IMG/VR virus record: IMGVR_UViG_3300036773_000041
Location: 1 to 59,796 of that record
Source: a virus
Taxonomy: Duplodnaviria; Caudoviricetes
Length of the DNA stretch: 59,796 nucleotides
Reading direction: 5' to 3' (one strand)
The position numbers and the translations under genes are program-made. The notes beneath the pieces are model-generated. The model did no database searches. It saw nothing but the letters and a program-made list of their open reading frames with translations, and had not been told where the DNA came from. This document shows, piece after piece, positions 27,478 to 36,236 of the stretch. Every line of letters begins with the position of its first letter. Position 1 is the first letter of the stretch.

Positions 27478-27782
27478 AGTGGACGCTGATCGTGTTCCTG
27501 GCGTGGCTGGCCGCCATCGTCCTGATCATGCTGGGCTGGAACCTCTCCAAGCGCCGCGTCCACGCCCGCAGCGTTCGCCTCGCGGCCTACATGGCCCGGC
27601 CCACCCCCGAGCCAGAGCCCGAGTACGCCACCGTCGAGGACATCCTCGACCGCATCGAGCCATACAGGCAGGCTGCCGATCAGGCGATCGAGCAGGCCAA
27701 CTCGTGGCCGTCGCACACCGTGCCCCCGCGGTATGTCGCGCCGAACCCCTACCCGCCGCTCAAGCGGGGCGGTGAGCGGTGA
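27474..27782 (+). CDS. Membrane-anchored hypothetical protein
   Basis: N-terminal TM helix; coupled start. Confidence 0.55.
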   Translation: MKWTLIVFLAWLAAIVLIMLGWNLSKRRVHARSVRLAAYMARPTPEPEPEYATVEDILDRIEPYRQAADQAIEQANSWPSHTVPPRYVAPNPYPPLKRGGER

Positions 27783-28126
27783 TGGCCGAGAGCAACGAGT
27801 TCGCGCGCGAGTTCGGTGAGAACTCGAAGCTGGCGATCGTGCTGCAGGCGCTGCGCTCCGCCGACCCCGTCGGCACGCTCGGCAGCGTCTACTACTGGGT
27901 GCCGGCCGACGTGCGGCAGCGGTACGTCGACGAGGCGATCCCGTTCGACAACGTCGGCGACCTCCACAACCTGCAGGCTGCGGGGGAGCGGTTCCTCCAC
28001 GGCGCGATCGCGTCGAAGCCGGAGGTGCCGCCGCTGCCCACGTGGGACCGGGTGCGTGTCGTCGGCATGCTGTTGGCAGGGTTGATGGCGGTCGCGCTGA
28101 TCACCGCAGTGGTGATCACGCGATGA
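27779..28126 (+). CDS. Hypothetical protein with C-terminal TM helix
   Basis: Coupled start/stop. Confidence 0.55.
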   Translation: MMAESNEFAREFGENSKLAIVLQALRSADPVGTLGSVYYWVPADVRQRYVDEAIPFDNVGDLHNLQAAGERFLHGAIASKPEVPPLPTWDRVRVVGMLLAGLMAVALITAVVITR

Positions 28127-29037
28127 CCGGGCGTCTGATCCGCCACCCGCGGTACGCCCCGGGCAGCCCCGACTGGCATGCGCAGCGGGCGCTCGCGGTG
28201 GGCGGCAGCGAGATCGCCGCTGTCCTCGGCGTGTCCCCGTGGGAGTCGCGTTTCTCCCTGTGGCACAAGAAGAAAGGCCTCGTCGACCCCAACCTCACCG
28301 ACACCGAGCAGCTGTACTGGGGTCGGATGCACGAGCCGACGATCGCCGCGCGGTTCGCTGCTGACCACCCGGAGTGGAAGGTGAAACGGACCGGCACGTT
28401 CACCCCGTCGGGGCGGCCGTTCCAGATCGTGTCGCCGGACCGGGACGTGCAGATCGAGCGGGGCACGCATCGTCCGGTCGAGATCAAAACGTCCCGGGAC
28501 GACGTCGGCTGGGGCACCCCAGGCACCGACGAGGTTCCGATTTATTACCGGGTGCAGGGCATTTGGCAGGCCGACGCGCTCGGCGCGGACCGCTGCTACT
28601 TCGGGGTGCTGTTCGCCGGCTCCGAATACCAGGAGTACGTCGTGCCCTACGACCGCAGCGAGGCGACCATCCTGCTCGACGCGGCCGCCGAGTTCGTGCA
28701 GACGCTCAAGCGGGACGAGCGCCCCGACATCGACGAGCACGGCGCCACCTACCAGGTGGTGCGCGAGTTGCATCCCGAGATCGACGGCACCGACTACCAG
28801 GTCGGCGCCGACCTCGCCCGCCGTTTCTGCCTCGCGAAGGAAGCCGCCAAGGCCGCCGACGCCGAATCGCAGTACGCCACCTCGCTGATCGCTGACGCGA
28901 TGGGCAACGCCCGCCGAGCCATGTTCGGCGACGTCCGTCTCGGCACCCGCCAGTCCAAGTCCGGTGGGCTGCCCTACCTCCAGTCCGCCAAGGCCGACTC
29001 GCTGCCGGCTTTCCCGACCACGAATCGAGCCGCATGA
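28123..29037 (+). CDS. YqaJ/lambda-exonuclease-like recombination nuclease (RecE-like)
   Basis: W...VGGSEIAAVLGVSPW, WGRMHEP, SPD, VEIKT and YYRVQ motifs. Confidence 0.92.
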   Translation: MTGRLIRHPRYAPGSPDWHAQRALAVGGSEIAAVLGVSPWESRFSLWHKKKGLVDPNLTDTEQLYWGRMHEPTIAARFAADHPEWKVKRTGTFTPSGRPFQIVSPDRDVQIERGTHRPVEIKTSRDDVGWGTPGTDEVPIYYRVQGIWQADALGADRCYFGVLFAGSEYQEYVVPYDRSEATILLDAAAEFVQTLKRDERPDIDEHGATYQVVRELHPEIDGTDYQVGADLARRFCLAKEAAKAADAESQYATSLIADAMGNARRAMFGDVRLGTRQSKSGGLPYLQSAKADSLPAFPTTNRAA

Positions 29038-29321
29038 TGACCCACGCCCCCCACCGTCTCTTCTGCTGCTACCTCGACACAGCGGCCCAGGCCGAGATTG
29101 CCTCCTGGCAGCCGTTGGACGCATCCGCCTCCGACGCAGAGCATCAGCGCCGCCACGACCGTGTCCGCGAGCTCACCTGCCAGGACGTGGGCGACATCTT
29201 CGAACTGATCGATGGACCCTCCCCGGACGACTACACCCACAGTTGCCGCACCCACCTCGGCGTGATGGTCAGCGACGAGAACACCACCGCCGTAAACCTG
29301 CGCCAGGCGGCGCAGTCATGA
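29034..29321 (+). CDS. Hypothetical protein
   Basis: Overlaps both flanking genes by ATGA. Confidence 0.5.
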   Translation: MMTHAPHRLFCCYLDTAAQAEIASWQPLDASASDAEHQRRHDRVRELTCQDVGDIFELIDGPSPDDYTHSCRTHLGVMVSDENTTAVNLRQAAQS

Positions 29322-30505
29322 CCGACACCACGACCACCGACCCCGGGAAGGCTGTCGCGCGACGCGAGACTGGCCCCGAGGCGCTGATCCGGCAGTACAG
29401 CGACGACTTCGCGACCGTCCTCCCATCGCACATCAAGGCCGCCACGTGGGTGCGGGTCGCGCAGGGCGCGCTCAAGAAGGGCAAGAAGACCAAGGTCCGC
29501 AACGCCAAGGGCGACTACGTCGAGGTGTTCGAGCTCGAACTCGCGGCGCACAACAACCCGGCCGCGTTCGTGTCCGCGCTGCTGGACGCCGCCCGGCAGG
29601 GCCTCGAGCCTGGCACGGAGCAGTACTACCTCACCCCCCGCAAGGTGGGTAGCCAGCTGGAGATCCTCGGCATGCGCGGTTATCAAGGCGAAGTCGAGCT
29701 CATGTACAGGGCCGGCGCCGTGTCCTCGGTGATCGTCGAGGTCGTCCGCGACCGCGACACGTTCATCTGGACGCCGGGCAAGATCGACCACCACCAGCCG
29801 CCTCGGTGGCAGGGCCCGATGGAGCGGCCGTACCACGAGGTCGACTGGTTCGGCGAGGACCGCGGCGACCTCCGCGGCGTCTACGCCTACGCGGTGATGA
29901 AGGACGGCGCGACCTCCCGCGTCGTCATCCTCAACCGCCGCGACATCGACCGGATCAAGTCGTTCGCGCAGGGCACGAAGTCGGAGTACTCGCCGTGGAA
30001 CACGAGCGAGGAGTCGATGTGGCTCAAGTCGGGCGCGCACCAGCTCCGCAAGTGGGTGCCCACGAGCGCCGAATACATCACCACGCAGGTCCGCGCGGTC
30101 CGGGAGGGCAACACCCCGGACCCGGTGTCGGTCGCGCCGCTGCGTGTCCAGCAGGACATGCCCGACGTGAACCCCGACCTGAACGGCGACACCTTCATCG
30201 CGCCGGACACCGTCGACGCCGAGGTCGTCCCCGACGACGAACCCCCAGCCGACGACACGCCGCCGCCTGAGCCGGGCCCGGAGATGGCCAGCAAAGTGCA
30301 GGTCGCGAAGCTGAACGCCACCCTCAACGGGTACGGCATCCGCGAGCGTGAACGTCGCCTCGCCGTGATCAGCCAGGTCCTCGACCGGGCTGTCGAGTCG
30401 CAGGAAACCCTCACCAAGCAGGAAGCGTCGACGGTCATCGACACCCTGGAGCAGATCCAGGGCGGCCGCGAGGCGTTCGAGGCGATCTTCGGCGGCGGGT
30501 CATGA
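29318..30505 (+). CDS. recT: RecT-family ssDNA annealing protein
   Basis: GLEPG...YYLTP...GYQGEVELMYRAG...YAYAVMKDG...SPW...MWLKS. Confidence 0.92.
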   Translation: MTDTTTTDPGKAVARRETGPEALIRQYSDDFATVLPSHIKAATWVRVAQGALKKGKKTKVRNAKGDYVEVFELELAAHNNPAAFVSALLDAARQGLEPGTEQYYLTPRKVGSQLEILGMRGYQGEVELMYRAGAVSSVIVEVVRDRDTFIWTPGKIDHHQPPRWQGPMERPYHEVDWFGEDRGDLRGVYAYAVMKDGATSRVVILNRRDIDRIKSFAQGTKSEYSPWNTSEESMWLKSGAHQLRKWVPTSAEYITTQVRAVREGNTPDPVSVAPLRVQQDMPDVNPDLNGDTFIAPDTVDAEVVPDDEPPADDTPPPEPGPEMASKVQVAKLNATLNGYGIRERERRLAVISQVLDRAVESQETLTKQEASTVIDTLEQIQGGREAFEAIFGGGS

Positions 30506-30945
30506 CCGGCCCGGAGCACATCGGCGAGGCGGAGCGGCTGCTGAACCTCGTCGAGACGTGCGACGAGGCGTCGGTGAAGGAGTGGGGTGCGCTGAACCTG
30601 GCCGCCGCGCAGGTCCACGCGACCCTCGCCCAGGTCTCGTACCTGCGCGAGATCGGCGACCAGCTCGACACGCTGCCGCGCCCTCGGACCGTCCCGCTCA
30701 GCGCGGCACGGCGGCCGGTCACGATCGACCGATCCGCGCGCGCTGAGGCCGCCAAGCTGTTGGAGTCGATGGCGATCGGCGACGACGGTGAGGAGCGGCA
30801 GCGGACCGTCGACCGGCTCGTCGCGAACACGCACCTGAACGCACGCGACATCGCTCACGAAGCCCTCGCCATGGCCCTCATCCCCGAGAGGGTCATCGCG
30901 GTGCTGGACGCGATGAAGGTGCTCGGGCTGGACGGTGCGCTGTGA
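30502..30945 (+). CDS. Hypothetical protein
   Basis: MTGPEHIGEAERLL...AQVHATLA; shares a domain with 33844..34221. Confidence 0.65.
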   Translation: MTGPEHIGEAERLLNLVETCDEASVKEWGALNLAAAQVHATLAQVSYLREIGDQLDTLPRPRTVPLSAARRPVTIDRSARAEAAKLLESMAIGDDGEERQRTVDRLVANTHLNARDIAHEALAMALIPERVIAVLDAMKVLGLDGAL

Positions 30946-31466
30946 CCGCCCTCGTCGCGATCGACCGCGACAACACCAACCGGCCCATCTTGCCGACGAG
31001 CGCGGATGAGCAGGAACGGTTCTGGAGCCGCGTCGACAAGGCCGGCGACGGTGGCTGCTGGCTATGGACCGGGAATGCGAAGAGCCGCGATTACGGAGTA
31101 GTCCCGAGGAATCGCGGCAGCGTCCTGGCCCATCGGTATTCGTGGGCGCTGGCGAACGGCCGCGAGATACCCGCCGGCCTGGTCGTGATGCACACGTGCG
31201 ACAACCCACCATGCGTCAACCCAGCGCACCTCACGGTGGGCACTCAGGCCGACAACATCCGTGACGCAAAGGCCAAGAACCGAATCCTGAGCGAGAAGAA
31301 CCGGGCCGCCCGCAGCATGAGCAGGGCTCTAACCGATGAGCAAATCGCGGAGATCCGTGCGGCCTATTCGGCGGGTGGCGAGACGCATCGGTCACTGGCG
31401 CAGAGGTACGGCGTTAGCCACGGATTCATTCAAAAGGTGATCACGGGAAGGCGGCGGTCGGCATGA
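30942..31466 (+). CDS. HNH endonuclease with C-terminal HTH
   Basis: RFWSRV...CWLWTG...AHRYSW...HTCDNPPCVNPAHL...DN; LAQRYGVSHGFI; more A/T at third codon positions than neighbours. Confidence 0.92.
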   Translation: MTALVAIDRDNTNRPILPTSADEQERFWSRVDKAGDGGCWLWTGNAKSRDYGVVPRNRGSVLAHRYSWALANGREIPAGLVVMHTCDNPPCVNPAHLTVGTQADNIRDAKAKNRILSEKNRAARSMSRALTDEQIAEIRAAYSAGGETHRSLAQRYGVSHGFIQKVITGRRRSA

Positions 31467-31780
31467 CTGTGCTCGCGATGGATCGCGCCTACGAATCCAG
31501 GTGCATTCACGATCAACTGGAGTGGCCGACGCTCGGCAAGTCGAGTTGCAGCATCTGCCTCCGTCTGCCCTACCTGGTGTCCTCGATGCTCGCCGAGTTC
31601 GAGCCGGTGCTCGCCCCTGACGAGCCTGAGCGCGAGTTGCTGTGGCTGCCGTCCGAGTTGCGCGGCGAATGCAGCCGCTGCCAGTCGCCGATCGGCGTCG
31701 GCCAGCCCGCCGCGAACATGCCCGGCCCGGCCGCGTCCGTCCGGGTCGTCGGGTCCTGCTGCCGAGACGAGGTCGCGTGA
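31463..31780 (+). CDS. Cys-rich hypothetical protein
   Basis: CIH...CSIC...CSRC motifs; coupled. Confidence 0.55.
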   Translation: MTVLAMDRAYESRCIHDQLEWPTLGKSSCSICLRLPYLVSSMLAEFEPVLAPDEPERELLWLPSELRGECSRCQSPIGVGQPAANMPGPAASVRVVGSCCRDEVA

Positions 31781-32043
31781 TGGGGAAGGACTACGCGCCG
31801 AAGTTTTGCCGGACCCGTCGGTGCACGCTGCGGTTCGGGCACGAGGAGAACTGCAACCTCCCGCAGCGGGTCGCCGTGCCGTGGCCCGGCAAGACCCCGG
31901 TCGCGCACGGCGTCACGGTGTTCTACCGACCGCGTAAGAGCCCCCGCATGCGGCACGGTACGGACCCGACGCCGCGCCGCTCCGCCGTGCTGCGCGTGGT
32001 CAACGGCGAGCAGCGCCGCCGCGCTGCGGAGCGCCAGTCATGA
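31777..32043 (+). CDS. Hypothetical protein
   Basis: Coupled; C...CTLRFGHEENC. Confidence 0.5.
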   Translation: MMGKDYAPKFCRTRRCTLRFGHEENCNLPQRVAVPWPGKTPVAHGVTVFYRPRKSPRMRHGTDPTPRRSAVLRVVNGEQRRRAAERQS

Positions 32044-32585
32044 CCGCGCCTGAGGTCAACGTGACCGAGTGGATGAACGGTGAGGTCCGCGCTGCCGTAC
32101 CGGAGAGTGGGCCGTTCGTCCCGGCAGAGTTGGCCATCAAGATCGTTGATCGGCTGGAGCGCTCCGACCCGGAGCAGTTCGCAGCGTGGCTGCGGCAGAA
32201 CGCAGTCGTGCTGCTGACCGATCAGATCGGTCGCATGCTGCGGTCCGAACGTGCCACGGCGCGTGCATCTGCTGGCCCGAGCGCGTTCGCCGAGTGGGCC
32301 GACAAGTCCGGCGCGGATGGCTCGCTGCCGTCTCCTGCGCTGCGGCTATGGAATCAGCGGCAGTGCGTGAACGACGCGAACGAGTGGAAACGCGAGTTCG
32401 AGCTCACCAAGCCTGACGCTCTCCACATCGCCAGCAGGGAGGAGACGCGCGGCCGAGCGGCTCTTATGCAAGGGGCGTTCTACAAGGCCGTCGCCAAGAA
32501 GGTTCCCAACGGCCAGACGATCGCCGACGTGTTCACCCCCGAGACCTACCAGGCCATGCGCGACTCAATCGTCGGCGGCGCCTGA
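32040..32585 (+). CDS. Uncharacterised protein, candidate accessory of the RAMP/array module
   Basis: 181-aa helical ORF with coupled start; ends 6 nt before the array. Confidence 0.7.
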   Translation: MTAPEVNVTEWMNGEVRAAVPESGPFVPAELAIKIVDRLERSDPEQFAAWLRQNAVVLLTDQIGRMLRSERATARASAGPSAFAEWADKSGADGSLPSPALRLWNQRQCVNDANEWKREFELTKPDALHIASREETRGRAALMQGAFYKAVAKKVPNGQTIADVFTPETYQAMRDSIVGGA

Positions 32586-32591
32586 TGCACA

Positions 32592-32885
32592 CGACTTCCC
32601 CCCCCAGCCCCCGTCTGCCCGGCACCCCTCCGCCCACACCCGACCACCCAGCCCACTCCACCGCTGCACCCGTCACGCCACTCCGTCCCGACAACCCGGC
32701 CCACCCCAGAGCTACTCCCTCCCCGCCTTTCCGACCGCCCAACCCAGCCTTCCCCAGCCCGACCCTGCCCCGCTCTGGCCGACTACCCCCCGCCCGCCCC
32801 ACCCGAATCGCGCCCAGCCGCCCCAGCCCGCTCCGACAGCCCATCCCTCCCCTGACCCATCCATCCCTGCCCTTCCCCACCCGAC
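32592..32885. repeat. Array of six ~48-nt CGAC-delimited units made of 5-nt NN-(C)CC modules (candidate guide-RNA array)
   Basis: CGAC at 32592, 32641, 32689, 32732, 32780, 32834 and 32882; the fifth base is C in 47 of 48 pentamers. Confidence 0.85.
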
Positions 32886-32903
32886 TAGCCGAAGGAATGA
32901 GTC

Positions 32904-33614
32904 ATGACTGATAGCCCGTTCGCGAAGTTCACCGAGAAGGCGTGGCCCCACCGATTCGAAGGCACGCTCACCGTCCCGACCCTGGTCGGTGGCATCCCGA
33001 CTGACCCGAACGTGGCTGAGGCGTGGCTGCGGTCGAAGCTCGCCGACAGCGACGACCTCATCCGCGCGCAGGTCGCCGAGACCATGACGGAACGCGGCGT
33101 CGGCGTCGACGAAGCGACCGAGATCGTCAACGCGAACAAGCACCTCAACGGCTTCAAACGCGACCAGGCCCGTGGCGGCGAGTTGTACATCGAGGGCCGC
33201 CAGTTGAAGGCCGCGCTCAAGGAGGCCGCATCGGTCGCCGTCGCGGCCGGGAAGCTCGACGCCCGCGGCTGGGGCAAGACGAACAAGGGCCTGCTCGGCT
33301 TCCTCGCCGAGCACGTCAGCGTCACCGAAGACCGCATCTACCTCGGGGTGACCAAACCGACCGGCATCCTCCAACGGTTCGTCCACACGTTCCGCGGCTC
33401 CGGCATCCAATACGAGGAGTACGTCGAGGACGCCGAGATCACGTTCACCGTCCGCTCTGACTGGCCATTCACCGACGAGCAGTGGGCGATGATCTGGCTG
33501 ACCGGCCAGGAGCAAGGTATCGGCGCGTCCAGGTCGCAGGGCTACGGCCGCTACACCGTCACCCGCTGGGAGCAGACGACCGGCGGTAAACGTCGAGTGT
33601 CGAGGGTCGCCTGA
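32904..33614 (+). CDS. Stand-alone RAMP superfamily (Cas7/Csm3-like) protein
   Basis: GAAGGA RBS; N-terminal strand then GG; LYIEGRQLKAALKEAA (cf. RAMP P-x-IPGSSLKGALR); C-terminal G-rich loop GIGASRSQGYGRY. Confidence 0.8.
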   Translation: MTDSPFAKFTEKAWPHRFEGTLTVPTLVGGIPTDPNVAEAWLRSKLADSDDLIRAQVAETMTERGVGVDEATEIVNANKHLNGFKRDQARGGELYIEGRQLKAALKEAASVAVAAGKLDARGWGKTNKGLLGFLAEHVSVTEDRIYLGVTKPTGILQRFVHTFRGSGIQYEEYVEDAEITFTVRSDWPFTDEQWAMIWLTGQEQGIGASRSQGYGRYTVTRWEQTTGGKRRVSRVA

Positions 33615-33847
33615 TGAGCGCCCCGCAGCAGGTGCAGCAGCCGGTGCCGACCCCGGTCGACCTCGCCACCGGCACCGTGCAAACCCCGGGCGGTCCGCTC
33701 GTCAACATCGTCGTCGCGACCGTCGTCGGGCAGATCGTCGTGTGGCTGCCGCCGGACAAGGCGAAGGCGTGGGCCGCGGCGATCGAACGTGAAGCCAGCC
33801 AAGCCCAAACGGGATTGCTGCTACCGCCGGGGGTGAACGGCCGATGA
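33614..33847 (+). CDS. Hypothetical protein
   Basis: TGATG coupling. Confidence 0.55.
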   Translation: MSAPQQVQQPVPTPVDLATGTVQTPGGPLVNIVVATVVGQIVVWLPPDKAKAWAAAIEREASQAQTGLLLPPGVNGR

Positions 33848-34221
33848 CCTACCCCGCCGTGCGGTTCCCGAGCAAGCCGCCAGCCGACTACGTCCAGTGC
33901 GCCGGCACGACGCAGACCGAGCATCAGTGCCGGCGCGGCGCCCGCCTCGGCAGCCAGTACTGCCCCCAGCACGCCCCCGGAATGACCGACCGGGAAGCCG
34001 CCGAAATGTTGGAGCGGATGGCGATCGGCGGCGACGGCGCCGCCCGGGACCGCACGATCGACCGGCTCATCACCCGCTCCCACCTCCACGGCGTGGAGAT
34101 CGCTCGGGAGGCGCTGCGCGTGTCCCGGCTCCGCCACGAACGGGTCAAGACCGCGATCCAGCGCCTGGACCTCGACGCCGCGTTCCGGAGCGCGCCGGCC
34201 ACCCCGTCGGATCCGCCGTGA
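33844..34221 (+). CDS. Zn-finger protein
   Basis: CAGTT...QCRR...YCPQH plus a domain shared with 30502..30945. Confidence 0.6.
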   Translation: MTYPAVRFPSKPPADYVQCAGTTQTEHQCRRGARLGSQYCPQHAPGMTDREAAEMLERMAIGGDGAARDRTIDRLITRSHLHGVEIAREALRVSRLRHERVKTAIQRLDLDAAFRSAPATPSDPP

Positions 34222-34562
34222 CCGCGGCACCAAAGTGCCCGATCTGCAGGCTCCGGCAGCACGGCGAGCTGCTCGACCACCTCGCCGACCAGCACTCCAC
34301 CCGGGTCCTCGCCGAGGAGTTGCTCGCGTCGATGGAACGCACCACAGCGGCGCAGCGCGCTTTGAACGACGCCCGGCAGATGTGCCGTAAGCGTCCATTC
34401 CCGTCGGAGGCGGACGCGTTGCAGGCGCTACTGCAGGGCTGGCAGTCCCGGTCCCCGAAACGGAAAGAGATCCGCGCATATCGCTGCGACCAATGCCCGG
34501 ACGCGTGGCACCTGACCAGCCGACCGCTGCTCGCCGACGTCGACGACGGGGTGGCCTCGTGA
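34218..34562 (+). CDS. Zn-binding hypothetical protein
   Basis: CRKRPF...RAYRCDQC...WHLTS motif. Confidence 0.65.
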   Translation: MTAAPKCPICRLRQHGELLDHLADQHSTRVLAEELLASMERTTAAQRALNDARQMCRKRPFPSEADALQALLQGWQSRSPKRKEIRAYRCDQCPDAWHLTSRPLLADVDDGVAS

Positions 34563-34975
34563 AGGGCCGCGCTTGCACGGAATGCGGACTCCGCATCGAC
34601 CCAGCGGCCGGCACCACCCACCCGACGTGCGAGCCGGCTGACCCTGACGCGGCGCAGATCCGCAGCGACTACCGCGAATGGATCGACGCCGGCATGCCCG
34701 CTGGTGGGGCGACCCTGCCGCAGCGCGCGCTGTCGATCATTCGCACCGCGGCGTCCCGTACAGCCGAGCTGGACTCCAACCTGTGCCGGGAAGCGTTCGA
34801 CCGGGCGGCGATCCCAGGGCCGCTACGTGGGCCGGCGTGGGCCCGGGCCGTGCGCGCCGGATACGTCGAGCCGGTGGGGCATGTGGCCTCGACGGGCGAC
34901 AAGACGAACAGCCACCACGTCCAGCGGTATCGCAGCCTGATCACCCGCCCAACCGAGAGGAAACCAGCAGCATGA
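34559..34975 (+). CDS. Hypothetical protein
   Basis: CxxC...HPTC N-terminus; coupled. Confidence 0.55.
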   Translation: MKGRACTECGLRIDPAAGTTHPTCEPADPDAAQIRSDYREWIDAGMPAGGATLPQRALSIIRTAASRTAELDSNLCREAFDRAAIPGPLRGPAWARAVRAGYVEPVGHVASTGDKTNSHHVQRYRSLITRPTERKPAA

Positions 34976-35337
34976 CCGAAGCCAAACCCGAGGAGGAACG
35001 GCAGACCCGGCCGTTCGCCGACGTGCTCAACGGGCTGCGCCGCGGCCGCACCCACCGCGAAATGTCCGAGCACATGCAGGACCTCACCGCCGCCGTGATC
35101 GAGACCGGGAAGCCCGGCACGCTCACGCTGACGATCAAGGTCGTGCCGACGAAAGACCCACGCGTGGTCGAGGTCGCCGACAAGGTCACGTTGAAGGCCC
35201 CGGAGCAGCGGGCCGCGTCGCTGTTCTACGTGACCGACGACCACCAGCTGTCCCGCACCGACCCCGAGCAGGCCGAACTCGACCTCGGCCCGCGGGCCGT
35301 CCCCGCCACCCCGAACAGCCAGGAGGCTGCCCAGTGA
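34972..35337 (+). CDS. YfdP-like partner of the DUF2303 protein
   Basis: FADVL...ETGKPGTLTLTIKV...FYVTDDHQLSRTDPEQ. Confidence 0.7.
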   Translation: MTEAKPEEERQTRPFADVLNGLRRGRTHREMSEHMQDLTAAVIETGKPGTLTLTIKVVPTKDPRVVEVADKVTLKAPEQRAASLFYVTDDHQLSRTDPEQAELDLGPRAVPATPNSQEAAQ

Positions 35338-36236
35338 CCGAACTGACCGCCCTGTCCAGCCAGAGCGTCACCGCCGAGATCCTCCGCGACGCGATCGACG
35401 AGGCCCGCTCCCGGGAGCTCCTCGATCTCGACCCGGGCGGTGCGCGGCTCTACGGGCTGGTGCTCGCAGAGGGCCAGCGGCTCGAGAAGGTCGACGTCGA
35501 GGCCTACGAGGACAGCATCGCCGAGCGGCCACGCGCGAAGACCGGGCACGTCACCGTCGACGACGCCGGCTCGTTCGTGCTGTACGTCGACCGGCACAAG
35601 GACGAGTTCGGCACCACGTTGTGGGCCGACATCGACCGCGGCCTGGTCGTCGCCGTGTTCGACGACCACGAACAGACCAGCGACGTCCCCCCGGACGCGT
35701 CCGCGCCGTCCCCGTCGGGGCGGCCCGGGCATGGCCGGCACCGCGCCACCCTCACCCTCAAGCAGACCGAGGACTGGGCCCACTGGGCCAACGCCGATGG
35801 CAAGGCCATGGCGCAGGGCGTGTTCGCCGAGCACATCGAGGACGGCGCCCACAACGTCACCGACCCCGACGCGGCGACGATGCTGGAGATCGCGCAGACC
35901 CTCCACGCCAAGACCGGTATCGCGTTCAAGTCCGGCGTGCGCCTCTCGTCCGGGCAGACGCAGCTGCAGTGGGAAGAGGAGACGACCGCCAAGGCGGGCG
36001 TCGCGGGCGACCTCGAAGTGCCGACCGTGTTCACGCTGTCGCTGCAGCCGTTCGAGGGCTCGCAGGTCTACGACATCGAGGCCCGGTTCCGGTACCGCCC
36101 CACCCAGCAGGGCGCCGTGCTGAGCTACAAGCTCAAGACGCCGAACCAGGTCAAGAAGCTGGCGTTCGACGACCTCACCCACGAGATCGCCGAGCGGCTC
36201 ACGCTGCCCGTCATGGCAGGCAAGCCCCGCGCATGA
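35334..36236 (+). CDS. DUF2303 (YfdQ-like) protein
   Basis: SFVLYV...VFDDH...HRATLTL...W...QGVFAEHIED...PFEG...ARFRYR. Confidence 0.85.
   Translation: MTELTALSSQSVTAEILRDAIDEARSRELLDLDPGGARLYGLVLAEGQRLEKVDVEAYEDSIAERPRAKTGHVTVDDAGSFVLYVDRHKDEFGTTLWADIDRGLVVAVFDDHEQTSDVPPDASAPSPSGRPGHGRHRATLTLKQTEDWAHWANADGKAMAQGVFAEHIEDGAHNVTDPDAATMLEIAQTLHAKTGIAFKSGVRLSSGQTQLQWEEETTAKAGVAGDLEVPTVFTLSLQPFEGSQVYDIEARFRYRPTQQGAVLSYKLKTPNQVKKLAFDDLTHEIAERLTLPVMAGKPRA

Noticed and set aside
32592-32885. Canonical CRISPR array
   Set aside because: There are no 23-47-nt identical repeats with unique spacers; only a 4-5-nt delimiter is shared.
32585-32911. 108-aa Pro-rich ORF spanning the array
   Set aside because: The Pro/Ser/Arg content follows from the C-rich 5-nt periodic DNA, whose period is not a multiple of three. 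Not called as a protein, although its TGATG coupling means it could be translated to avoid polarity.
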